This document shows, one piece after another, positions 16,705 to 25,266 of a stretch of 32,832 nucleotides of DNA (its first letter is position 1; every line of letters begins with the position of its first letter). The stretch lies in the UHGV virus genome UHGV-0377831. One strand, given 5' to 3'. The position numbers were made by a program, and so were the translations under genes. The DNA is from a virus. The notes under the pieces were generated by a model, which was not told the DNA's origin, searched no databases, and saw nothing but the letters and a program-made list of their open reading frames with translations.

Positions 16705-17079
16705 ATGGCAACGAAAGAGCAAAATCTGAAACGGCTTGATGAACTGGCCCTGATTCTGGGGCGTGAGCCGGATATATCCGGGAGTGCCGCAGAGATAGCG
16801 CAGCGGGTGGCAGAATGGGAAGAGGAAATGCAGTCATCCGGCGATGATGTACAGGTTATGAATATGGATATCCGGGAGCGGGAAACCGCGGCTCATGATG
16901 TTCGTGAGGAAACATCCGGCGCGTTAACGCGCATCAGAGTTCTGACCTGCCTCCATCTCTGTGGCGTTGATGGTGAAACGGGGGAATCCGTTGAGCTTGC
17001 GGATGTTGGTCGGGTGATTCTGATTATGTCCTCAGATGCAAAAACACACGTTGATGGTGGAATGGCTGTTTATGCGTGA
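16705..17079 (+). CDS. FI: DNA packaging protein FI
   Basis: Position between E and FII; weak similarity to lambda gpFI, which is a poorly conserved protein; ATG at 16705. Confidence 0.8.
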   Translation: MATKEQNLKRLDELALILGREPDISGSAAEIAQRVAEWEEEMQSSGDDVQVMNMDIRERETAAHDVREETSGALTRIRVLTCLHLCGVDGETGESVELADVGRVILIMSSDAKTHVDGGMAVYA

Positions 17080-17425
17080 TTTTCAGAATGCCTTTGATGC
17101 CGCCCTTGCCGGGGTGGACAGTACGATTGTTGAAGTGATGGGGATCCGTGCGCAGTTCACCTCCGGAGCACAACGTGGCGGCGAAGTTCAGGGGGTTTTT
17201 GACGATCCGGAGTCGCTGGGGTTTGCCGGTGGCGGGGTCCGTATTGAAGGAAGCAGCCCGTCATTATTTGTGCGGACGGATACGGTGCGTGCCGTGCGGC
17301 GTGGTGACACGCTGACCATTAACGGCGAGATGTTCTGGGTGGATCGTGTTTCTCCGGATGACGGGGGAAGCTGTTATCTCTGGCTCAACCGTGGGCAACC
17401 ACCCGCTGTTAACCGGCGACGATAA
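17072..17425 (+). CDS. FII: Head-tail connector protein FII
   Basis: Aligns with lambda gpFII (GVFDDPE..., GVRIEGSSPSLFVRTD..., WVDRVSPDDGGSC.LWL.RG.PPAVNRRR). Confidence 0.9.
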   Translation: MRDFQNAFDAALAGVDSTIVEVMGIRAQFTSGAQRGGEVQGVFDDPESLGFAGGGVRIEGSSPSLFVRTDTVRAVRRGDTLTINGEMFWVDRVSPDDGGSCYLWLNRGQPPAVNRRR

Positions 17426-17440
17426 ACGCAGGGGGAAATT

Positions 17441-17974
17441 ATGGCGATAAAAGGGCTTGATCAGGCGATTGATAATCTGAGCCGGGTTCGTAAAAACGCC
17501 ATTCCGGCGGCTTCAGCAATGACGATTAACCGCGTGGCCACAACGGCGATTAATCAGTCTTCATCACAGGTTGCCCGGGAGACAAAGGTACGCCGGAAAC
17601 TGGTTAAGGAACGGTCCAGACTGAAACGGGCGACGGTCAGAAATCCGAACGCAAAAATTATCGTTAACCGCGGTGATCTTCCAGTGATTAAGCTGGGGAT
17701 CAGGATGCTGGGCCGTCGTCCGAACAGCATACTTAAAGCCGGTCAGCATCGGTATCAGCGGGCATTCATTCAGCGATTAAAAAACGGTCGCTGGCATGTC
17801 ATGCAGCGTGTGGCCGGGAAAAACCGTTACCCTATTGATGTGGTGAAAATCCCGATGGCGGCCCCACTGAAACAGGCGTTTGATGAGAATGTTGACCGTA
17901 TCCGGCGTGAACGCCTGCCCGGAGAACTGGCATCCGCGCTGAAACAACAACTGAGGATTGCGATAAAACGATGA
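17441..17974 (+). CDS. Z: Minor tail protein Z
   Basis: Aligns with lambda gpZ (MAIKGL.QA..NLSR..., QVARETKVRRKLVKER.RLKRATV.NP...). Confidence 0.93.
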   Translation: MAIKGLDQAIDNLSRVRKNAIPAASAMTINRVATTAINQSSSQVARETKVRRKLVKERSRLKRATVRNPNAKIIVNRGDLPVIKLGIRMLGRRPNSILKAGQHRYQRAFIQRLKNGRWHVMQRVAGKNRYPIDVVKIPMAAPLKQAFDENVDRIRRERLPGELASALKQQLRIAIKR

Positions 17975-18366
17975 AACACACTGATATCCGTGCTGCAGTG
18001 CTGGATGCACTCGAGCAGCATGAACACGGGGCGACGCTGTTTGATGGTCGCCCCGTTGTTTTTGACGAAGAGGATTTTCCTGCGATCGCGGTTTATCTGA
18101 CGGATGCAGAGTATACCGGTGAAGAGCTGGATGCAGATACCTGGCGGGCCACACTGCATATTGAGGTGTTTTTACCGGCACAGGTACCGGATTCAGAGCT
18201 TGATCAGTGGATGGAAAGCCGGATTTATCCGGCGATGACTGCGATCCCGGCACTGGCTGGACTGATTACCACGATGGTTACGCAGGGCTATGAGTATCGT
18301 CGTGATGACGATATGGCGTTATGGAGCTCTGCGGATCTGACTTATTCCATTACATACGAGATGTGA
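17971..18366 (+). CDS. U: Tail terminator protein U
   Basis: 131 aa, near-identical to lambda gpU ([44 protein letters not shown]...). Confidence 0.95.
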   Translation: MKHTDIRAAVLDALEQHEHGATLFDGRPVVFDEEDFPAIAVYLTDAEYTGEELDADTWRATLHIEVFLPAQVPDSELDQWMESRIYPAMTAIPALAGLITTMVTQGYEYRRDDDMALWSSADLTYSITYEM

Positions 18367-18373
18367 GGACGAT

Positions 18374-19123
18374 ATGGCAACACCAAATCCCCTGGAGCCG
18401 GTAAAAGGTGCCGGTACCACTCTGTGGGTTTACAACGGCAAGGGTGATGCTTATGCAAACCCGTTGTCAGACGCTGACTGGCAGCGACTGGCTAAGGTGA
18501 AGGATCTGACGCCGGGCGAGATGACGGCAGAATCCTACGATGATAACTACCTGGATGATGAAGACGCAGACTGGACCGCGACCGGGCAGGGGCAGAAATC
18601 TGCAGGTGATACCAGTTTTACGCTGGCCTGGAAACCGGGAGAGGAAGGTCAGAAAGGGCTTATAGGCTGGTTTGAAAGCGGCGATGTCCGGGCCTATAAA
18701 ATCCGTTTTCCGAATGGCACGGTGGATGTGTTTCGTGGCTGGGTCAGCAGTATCGGTAAGGCCGTGACGGCGAAAGAAGTGATCACCCGCACGGTGAAAG
18801 TCACTAACGTGGGTAAACCTTCTGTAGCGGAAGAACGCAGCAAAATTACGCCGGTCAGTGCGATTAAGGTGACGCCGACATCCGGTACGGTGGCAAAAGG
18901 GAAAACAACCACCCTGACCGTTACTGTGGAACCGGAAAATGCAACGGATAAGACATTCAGGGCGATTTCCGCCGATCCATCAAAAGCCACCATTAGCGTG
19001 AAAGATATGACGATTACTGTGACGGGGGTTAAGGATGGAAAAGTCAGCATCCCTGTGATTTCCGGTAATGGTCAGTTTGCTGCGGTGGCTGAAATTACCG
19101 TTAATAATGTGCCGGGTGGCTAA
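18374..19123 (+). CDS. V: Major tail tube protein V (with C-terminal Ig-like domain)
   Basis: 249 aa, colinear with lambda gpV ([10 protein letters not shown]..., [40 protein letters not shown]...). Confidence 0.95.
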   Translation: MATPNPLEPVKGAGTTLWVYNGKGDAYANPLSDADWQRLAKVKDLTPGEMTAESYDDNYLDDEDADWTATGQGQKSAGDTSFTLAWKPGEEGQKGLIGWFESGDVRAYKIRFPNGTVDVFRGWVSSIGKAVTAKEVITRTVKVTNVGKPSVAEERSKITPVSAIKVTPTSGTVAKGKTTTLTVTVEPENATDKTFRAISADPSKATISVKDMTITVTGVKDGKVSIPVISGNGQFAAVAEITVNNVPGG

Positions 19124-19141
19124 AGAGCTGAGAGATAAGCG

Positions 19142-19573
19142 ATGTTCCTGAAAACAGAACAATTTGAATATAACGGTGTGTCTGTCACGCTTTCCGAATT
19201 GTCTGCGCTGCAGCGTATCGAGCATCTTGCCCTCCTGAAACGGCGTGCAGAACAGGCAGAATCCTGCGGCAACCTGCAGGTAAGCGTGGAAGATCTCGTC
19301 AGAACCGGCGCGTTTCTGGTGGCGATGTCCCTGTGGCATAACCATCCACAGAAAACGCAGTCACCGTCAATGAATGAGGCCGTGATGAAGATAGAGCAGG
19401 AAGTGCTCACCACCTGGCCTGCCGATGCCATTGCCCGGGCGGAAGACGTGGTGTTGTGCCTGTCCGGGATGATCGAAGCTGTTCGTCCGGATACTGATAT
19501 TACTGAAGTGGCGAAAAATAACACGCTGACTGATGATGATTTTTCTGCGGGAAAGTCTTTGACGGCGAGCTGA
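19142..19573 (+). CDS. G: Tail assembly chaperone G
   Basis: Aligns with lambda gpG (MFLKTE.FE.NGV.VTLSELSALQRIEHLAL.KR.AEQAES...). Confidence 0.93.
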   Translation: MFLKTEQFEYNGVSVTLSELSALQRIEHLALLKRRAEQAESCGNLQVSVEDLVRTGAFLVAMSLWHNHPQKTQSPSMNEAVMKIEQEVLTTWPADAIARAEDVVLCLSGMIEAVRPDTDITEVAKNNTLTDDDFSAGKSLTAS

Positions 19574-20013
19574 ACTTTGCCCTCAGACTGGCGCGTGAGA
19601 TGGGGAGACCCGACTGGCGCGCCATGCTTGCCGGGATGACATCCACCGAATATGCCGACTGGCACCGTTTTTACCGCACGCATTATTTTCAGGATACCCA
19701 GCTGGATATGCATTTTTCCGGGCTGACGTACGCTGTACTCAGCCTGTTTTTTTGCGATCCGGATATGCATCCCTCTGATTTCAGTCTGCTTGTCCCCCGG
19801 CATGAGGAAGAGCAGGTGGAGAGGCCGGATGAGGACAAAATGCTGATGCAGAAAGCGGCAGGACTTGCCGGAGGCGTCCGGTTCGGTGGGGACGGAGGGC
19901 GCGATATTTTATCGTCTGCGGATGTGGCGGATGTCATGGTGGATGATGCCGCATTAATGATGGCTTCAGCGGGGATTCCGGGAGGTGTGAGATATGTCCC
20001 AGCCGGTTGGTGA
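19142..20013 (+). CDS. Tail assembly protein G-T produced by a -1 programmed ribosomal frameshift
   Basis: Slippery heptamer GGGAAAG at 19549-19555 near the end of G, with the T frame (-1 relative to G) open to 20013, as in lambda G/GT. Confidence 0.8.
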
Positions 20014-22567
20014 TCTTGTTATTGACCTGAGTCTGGATGCGGTCCGTTTCGATGAGCAGATGAGCCGGGTAAGGCGTCATTTTTCAGGTCTGGATACCGA
20101 CGCCAGAAAAACCGCCAGTGCTGTTGAACAGGGCCTGAGCCGCCAGGCGCTGGCTGCACAAAAAGCCGGGATTTCCGTCGGGCAGTATAAAGCGGCCATG
20201 CGAACCCTGCCCGCACAGTTTACGGATATCGCCACGCAGCTTGCCGGTGGTCAGAATCCCTGGCTGATCCTGCTGCAACAGGGCGGTCAGGTGAAGGACT
20301 CCTTCGGCGGGATGATCCCCATGTTCAGGGGGCTCGCCGGTGCGATCACCCTGCCGATGGTCGGGGTCACCTCGCTGGCGGTGGCGACAGGTGCGCTGGT
20401 GTACGCCTGGTACCAGGGAGATTCCACGCTTTCAGCGTTTAATAAAACCCTGGTTCTTTCCGGTAATCAGTCCGGACTGACTGCCGATCGTATGCTGACT
20501 CTCTCAAGAGCCGGGCAGGCAGCAGGGCTGACGTTTAACCAGGCGAGAGAGTCACTGGCAGCCCTGATGAATGCCGGTGTGCGTGGTGGTGAACAGTTTG
20601 ATGCCATCAACCAGAGTGTCGCGCGTTTTGCGTCTGCATCCGGTGTGGAGGTGGATAAAGTCGCTGAAGCCTTCGGGAAGCTGACCACTGACCCGACGTC
20701 GGGACTGATGGCGATGGCGCGCCAGTTCCGTAACGTGACGGCAGAGCAGATTGCGTATGTTGCACAGCTGCAGCGTTCCGGAGACGAGGCCGGGGCATTG
20801 CAGGCGGCGAACGATATCGCCACGAAAGGCTTTGATGAGCAGACCCGTCGCCTGAAAGAAAACATGGGAACACTGGAGACCTGGGCGGATAAAACAGGGA
20901 AGGCATTCAAATCGATGTGGGATGCCATTCTGGATATCGGTCGTCCTGAATCCTCAGCGGATATGCTCGCCAGTGCGCAGAAGGCATTTGATGAGGCGGA
21001 TAAAAAATGGCAGTGGTACCAGAGCCGGAGCCAGCGCCGGGGAAAGACCTCCTCTTTTCGTGCGAACCTTCAGGGGGCATGGGATGACCGGGAAAATGCC
21101 CGTCTGGGTCTGGCAGCGGCCACGCTGCAGTCGGATATGGAAAAAGCCGGTGAACTGGCGGCAAGGGACCGGGCTGAGCGTGAGGCGTCACAGCTGAAGT
21201 ATACCGGAGAGGCGCAGAAGGCGTATGAGCGCCTGCAGACGCCGCTGGATAAATATACCGCCCGTCAGAAAGAGCTGAATAAGGCCCTGAAAGACGGAAA
21301 AATCCTGCAGGCGGATTACAACACGCTGATGGCGTCGGCAAAAAAGGATTATGAATCGACGCTGAAAAAGCCGTCAGGTGTGAAGGTGTCTGCCGGTGAG
21401 CGCCAGGAAGACCGGGCGCATGCAGCCATGCTGGCGCTTGAAACCGAGCTCAGGACGCTGGAAAAACACAGCGGTGTGAATGAGAAAATCAGCCAGCAGC
21501 GCCGGGATTTATGGGAAGCGGAAAATCAGTATGTGGTCCTGAAAGAGGCCGCCACGAAACGGCAGTTATCTGAGCAGGAAAAATCCCTGCTGGCCCATGA
21601 GAAAGAAACGCTGGAGTACAAACGCCAGCTGGCTGAGCTGGGCGACAAGATTGAACACCAGAAACGGCTGAATGAGCTGGCACAGCAGGCGGCGCGGTTT
21701 GAACAGCAGCAGAGCGCGAAGCAGGCGGCAATCAGCGCAAAAGCCCGCGGACTCACCGACCGTCAGGCGCAGCGGGAGTCGGAAGAGCAGCGCCTTCGTG
21801 AGGTGTACGGTGATAATCCGGCTGCGCTGGCGAAGGCCACATCTGCACTGAAGAACACCTGGTCTGCGGAGGAGCAGCTTCGTGGAAGCTGGATGGCCGG
21901 GATGAAGTCCGGCTGGGGCGAGTGGGCGGAAAGTGCGACGGACAGTTTTTCGCAGGTTAAAAACGCGGCCACGCAGACCTTTGACGGTATTGCACAGAAT
22001 ATGGCAGCGATGCTGACCGGCAGTGAGCAGAACTGGCGCAGCTTCACCCGCTCCGTGCTGTCCATGATGACAGAAATTCTGCTTAAGCAGGCAATGGTGG
22101 GGATTGTCGGGAGTATCGGCAGCGCTATTGGCGGGGCTGTTGGTGGTGGCGCATCCGCGTCAGGCGGTACAGCCATTCAGGCAGCTGCGGCGAAATTCCA
22201 TTTTGCGACCGGAGGATTTACGGGAACCGGCGGCAAATATGAGCCAGCGGGGATTGTCCACCGCGGGGAGTTTGTCTTCACGAAGGAGGCAACCAGCCGG
22301 ATTGGTGTCGGGAACCTGTACCGCCTGATGCGGGGCTATGCGGAAGGGGGGTATGTGGGTGCTGCCGGAAGTCCGGCGCAGATGCGGCGGGCCGAAGGCA
22401 TTAATTTTAATCAGAACAATCACGTGGTGATTCAGAACGACGGTATCAACGGACAGGCCGGGCCGCAGCTGATGAAAGCGGTGTATGAGATGGCCCGTAA
22501 AGGTGCGCAGGATGAGCTCCGGCTGCAGTTGCGTGATGGCGGTCTGTTATCGGGGAGCGGGCGATGA
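19994..22567 (+). CDS. H: Tail tape measure protein H
   Basis: 857 aa, high identity to lambda gpH over N- and C-terminal regions (VGDLVIDLSLDA.RFDEQM.RVRRHFSG..., ...GTAIQAAAAKFHFATGGFTGTGGKYEPAGIVHRGEFVFTKEATSRIGVGNLYRLMRGYA). Confidence 0.95.
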   Translation: MSQPVGDLVIDLSLDAVRFDEQMSRVRRHFSGLDTDARKTASAVEQGLSRQALAAQKAGISVGQYKAAMRTLPAQFTDIATQLAGGQNPWLILLQQGGQVKDSFGGMIPMFRGLAGAITLPMVGVTSLAVATGALVYAWYQGDSTLSAFNKTLVLSGNQSGLTADRMLTLSRAGQAAGLTFNQARESLAALMNAGVRGGEQFDAINQSVARFASASGVEVDKVAEAFGKLTTDPTSGLMAMARQFRNVTAEQIAYVAQLQRSGDEAGALQAANDIATKGFDEQTRRLKENMGTLETWADKTGKAFKSMWDAILDIGRPESSADMLASAQKAFDEADKKWQWYQSRSQRRGKTSSFRANLQGAWDDRENARLGLAAATLQSDMEKAGELAARDRAEREASQLKYTGEAQKAYERLQTPLDKYTARQKELNKALKDGKILQADYNTLMASAKKDYESTLKKPSGVKVSAGERQEDRAHAAMLALETELRTLEKHSGVNEKISQQRRDLWEAENQYVVLKEAATKRQLSEQEKSLLAHEKETLEYKRQLAELGDKIEHQKRLNELAQQAARFEQQQSAKQAAISAKARGLTDRQAQRESEEQRLREVYGDNPAALAKATSALKNTWSAEEQLRGSWMAGMKSGWGEWAESATDSFSQVKNAATQTFDGIAQNMAAMLTGSEQNWRSFTRSVLSMMTEILLKQAMVGIVGSIGSAIGGAVGGGASASGGTAIQAAAAKFHFATGGFTGTGGKYEPAGIVHRGEFVFTKEATSRIGVGNLYRLMRGYAEGGYVGAAGSPAQMRRAEGINFNQNNHVVIQNDGINGQAGPQLMKAVYEMARKGAQDELRLQLRDGGLLSGSGR

Positions 22568-22893
22568 AAACATTTCGCTGGAAAGTGAAGCCGGATATGG
22601 AGGTGAACTCGCAGCCATCGGTGCGTGAAGTGCGTTTTGGTGACGGGTACTCACAGCGTATGGCGGCAGGGCTGAATGCTGACCTGAAAACATACAGGGT
22701 GACGCTTTCCGTGACCCGGGAGGAGGCCCGGCATCTGGAAGCGTTCCTGGCAGAGCACGGTGGCTGGAAGGCATTTTTGTGGAAGCCACCCTATGCATAC
22801 CGGCAGATAAAGGTGACCTGTGCCGGGTGGTCTGCGCGGGTCGGGATGTTGCGCGTTGAGTTCAGCGCGGAGTTTAAGCAGGTGGTGAACTGA
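22564..22893 (+). CDS. M: Minor tail protein M
   Basis: 109 aa, near-identical to lambda gpM (MKTFRWKVKP.M.V.S.PSVR.VRFGDGYSQR...). Confidence 0.95.
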   Translation: MKTFRWKVKPDMEVNSQPSVREVRFGDGYSQRMAAGLNADLKTYRVTLSVTREEARHLEAFLAEHGGWKAFLWKPPYAYRQIKVTCAGWSARVGMLRVEFSAEFKQVVN

Positions 22894-23591
22894 TGCAGGA
22901 TATTCACGAAGAAAGTCTGAACGAGTCGGTTAAGTCAGAGCAGTCACCGCGGGTGGTACTCTGGGAAATCGACCTGACGGTGCAGGGCGGTGAGCGGTAT
23001 TTTTTCTGCAATGAGCTGAATGAAAAAGGGGAGCCGGTGACCTGGCAGGGGCGTGAATATCAGGCGTACCCGATTGAGGGGAGTGGCTTTGAGATGAGCG
23101 GGAAGGGCAGCAGTGCCAGACCGTCGCTGACGGTGTCCAATCTGTTCGGTCTGGTCACCGGGATGGCGGAAGACCTGCAGAGTCTGGTGGGGGCCACGGT
23201 GGTCCGCCGCCGGGTGTATGCCCGTTTTCTGGATGCGGTGAATTTCGTTGCGGGCAATCCGGAGGCCGACCCGGAGCAGGAGCTGACGGACCGGTGGGTG
23301 GTGGAGCAGATGTCAGCGCTGACAGCCATGACGGCCTCGTTTGTGCTGGCCACACCGACCGAGACGGACGGGGCGCTGTTTCCCGGTCGTATCATGCTGG
23401 CGAACACCTGTATGTGGACCTACCGCTCTGATGAGTGTGGTTACACGGGCGGGGCTGTGGCGGATGAGTTCGATAAACCCACCACGGATATCCGTAAGGA
23501 CAGATGCAGCAAGTGCATGCGCGGGTGTGAACTGCGCAGGAATGTCGGCAATTTTGGCGGTTTCCTTTCCATTAATAAACTTTCGCAGTAA
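22893..23591 (+). CDS. L: Minor tail protein L
   Basis: 232 aa, near-identical to lambda gpL (…VVLWEIDLT..GGERYFFCNE.NEKGEPVTWQGR.YQ.YPI.GSGFE...NVGNFGGFLSINKLSQ). Confidence 0.95.
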   Translation: MQDIHEESLNESVKSEQSPRVVLWEIDLTVQGGERYFFCNELNEKGEPVTWQGREYQAYPIEGSGFEMSGKGSSARPSLTVSNLFGLVTGMAEDLQSLVGATVVRRRVYARFLDAVNFVAGNPEADPEQELTDRWVVEQMSALTAMTASFVLATPTETDGALFPGRIMLANTCMWTYRSDECGYTGGAVADEFDKPTTDIRKDRCSKCMRGCELRRNVGNFGGFLSINKLSQ

Positions 23592-23601
23592 ATCCCGGTT
23601 T

Positions 23602-24345
23602 ATGACACAGACTGAATCAGCGATTCTGGCACATGCCCGGCGGTGTGCGCCTGCGGAGTCGTGCGGCTTCGTGATAAGCACGCCGGAGGGGGAGTGGTAT
23701 ATCCCTTGTGTGAATATTTCCGCGGAGCCGGAGGCGTATTTTCGTATCGCACCGGAAGACTGGCTGCGGGCAGAGATGCAGGGGGAGATTGTGGCACTGG
23801 TCCACAGTCATCCCGGTGGGCTGCCCTGGCTGAGCGAGGCTGACCGGCGGCTGCAGATAAAAAGCGCACTGCCCTGGTGGCTGGTCTGCCGGGGTGACAT
23901 TCACAAATTCCGCTGTGTGCCACATCTGACGGGACGGCGCTTTGAGCACGGGGTGACGGACTGTTACACGCTGTTCCGGGATGCTTATCATCTGGCGGGG
24001 ACTGAAATGCCGGATTTTCATCGCGAGGATGACTGGTGGCGCAACGGCCAGAACCTTTACCTGGACAATATGGCGGTCACCGGCTTTTACCGGGTGCCCC
24101 TGTCCTCTGCACAGGCGGGCGATATTCTGCTGTGCTGCTTTGGTGCTTCGGTACCGAACCATGCCGCCATTTACTGCGGTAACGGTGAGCTGCTTCACCA
24201 TCTGCCTGAACAACTGAGTAAACGGGAGAGGTATTCCGAAAAATGGCAACGACGAACGCATTCTGTCTGGCGTCACCGCCACTGGCACGCATCTGCCTTC
24301 ACGGGGATTTACAACGATTTGGCCGCCGCCTCAGCCTGTATGTGA
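23602..24345 (+). CDS. K: Tail assembly protein K (NlpC/P60-like peptidase)
   Basis: Aligns with lambda gpK from MTQTESAILAHARRCAPAESCGFV...; the longer track ORF (from 23341) is an upstream frame extension. Confidence 0.95.
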   Translation: MTQTESAILAHARRCAPAESCGFVISTPEGEWYIPCVNISAEPEAYFRIAPEDWLRAEMQGEIVALVHSHPGGLPWLSEADRRLQIKSALPWWLVCRGDIHKFRCVPHLTGRRFEHGVTDCYTLFRDAYHLAGTEMPDFHREDDWWRNGQNLYLDNMAVTGFYRVPLSSAQAGDILLCCFGASVPNHAAIYCGNGELLHHLPEQLSKRERYSEKWQRRTHSVWRHRHWHASAFTGIYNDLAAASACM

Positions 24346-24923
24346 ACACGGCAGCGGAAGCCATTCGCGCCCTGTCGATGCAGATGCCGGGCTTTCGCCG
24401 TCAGATGAACGAAGGCTGGTACCAGATACGTATTGCCGGTGATGACACGGCACCGGAGGCGGTGTACGCCCGTCTTCACGAACAGCTGGGTGAGGGAACG
24501 GTCATCCACATTGTGCCGCGACTGGCCGGGGCCGGAAAGGGTGGACTGCAGATTGTGCTGGGGGCGGCAGCCATCGTGGGCTCTTTCTTCACTGCCGGTG
24601 CCTCGATGGCGTTATGGGGTACAGCCCTGAGTGCCGGCGGTTTTTCTGCCACCACAATGCTGTTTTCACTGGGTGCCAGCATGATACTGGGCGGTGTGGC
24701 CCAGATGCTGGCCCCGAAGGCAAAAACACCGGATTACCGCGCAACGGATAACGGCAGACAGAACACGTACTTTTCCTCGCTGGATAACATGATTGCCCAG
24801 GGGAACCCGATGCCGGTGCCTTACGGGGAAATGCTGGTTGGCTCCCGCCGTATATCCCAGGACATCAGCACCCGTGATGAAGGCGGGGGCGGAAAGGTCG
24901 TGGTTATCGGGCGGCAGGGGTAA
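24243..24923 (+). CDS. I: Tail assembly protein I
   Basis: 226 aa aligning with lambda gpI (…ARICL.GDLQRFGRR..L.V.T.AEAIRAL..Q.P.FR...); overlaps the end of K as in lambda. Confidence 0.93.
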   Translation: MATTNAFCLASPPLARICLHGDLQRFGRRLSLYVNTAAEAIRALSMQMPGFRRQMNEGWYQIRIAGDDTAPEAVYARLHEQLGEGTVIHIVPRLAGAGKGGLQIVLGAAAIVGSFFTAGASMALWGTALSAGGFSATTMLFSLGASMILGGVAQMLAPKAKTPDYRATDNGRQNTYFSSLDNMIAQGNPMPVPYGEMLVGSRRISQDISTRDEGGGGKVVVIGRQG

Positions 24924-24930
24924 AAAGAAT

Positions 24931-24969
24931 AAAAAAATCCCGCAGTGATCGCGGACAGGAACTGCGGGA
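24931..24969 (-). terminator. Hairpin preceded by A7 on the plus strand (terminator-like on the minus strand)
   Basis: 9-bp stem TCCCGCAGT/ACTGCGGGA with a 14-nt loop; on the minus strand the hairpin is followed by U7. Confidence 0.4.
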
Positions 24970-25136
24970 GAGTTACGAAGATTAAGTGTAAGGAATTATT
25001 CTTATATCACGACAAAAAAATTAACGCAGAGAAATTATACGCGCCACAGTCAGTTTGTGAAAATGTGAAGATATTCAGAATTTTTATGCCATTACCGGTT
25101 TTAACCAACAGGATTATCGGTGGGCATGAAAGAAAA

Positions 25137-25169
25137 CCCCGGTATCTGCTGATACCGGGGTTTCTCTTT
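25137..25169 (+). terminator. Perfect 10-bp hairpin with flanking A- and T-rich tracts (bidirectional terminator-like) in the I-J spacer
   Basis: CCCCGGTATC-TGCT-GATACCGGGG followed by TTTCTCTTT and preceded by GAAAGAAAA. Confidence 0.5.
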
Positions 25170-25266
25170 AGCATGGCAGAAATGTGTTTCATGCTTTTCG
25201 GGCGAAGGATATCCGACTTCTGTACGGAATGGCAAGTGGCGGTTAATTTATTCAGGGGAAGGCTGT

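Noticed and set aside
23341-23601. Upstream extension of the K ORF (track start at 23341)
   Set aside because: Overlaps the 3' end of L in another frame; lambda K begins at MTQTESAILAH (23602).
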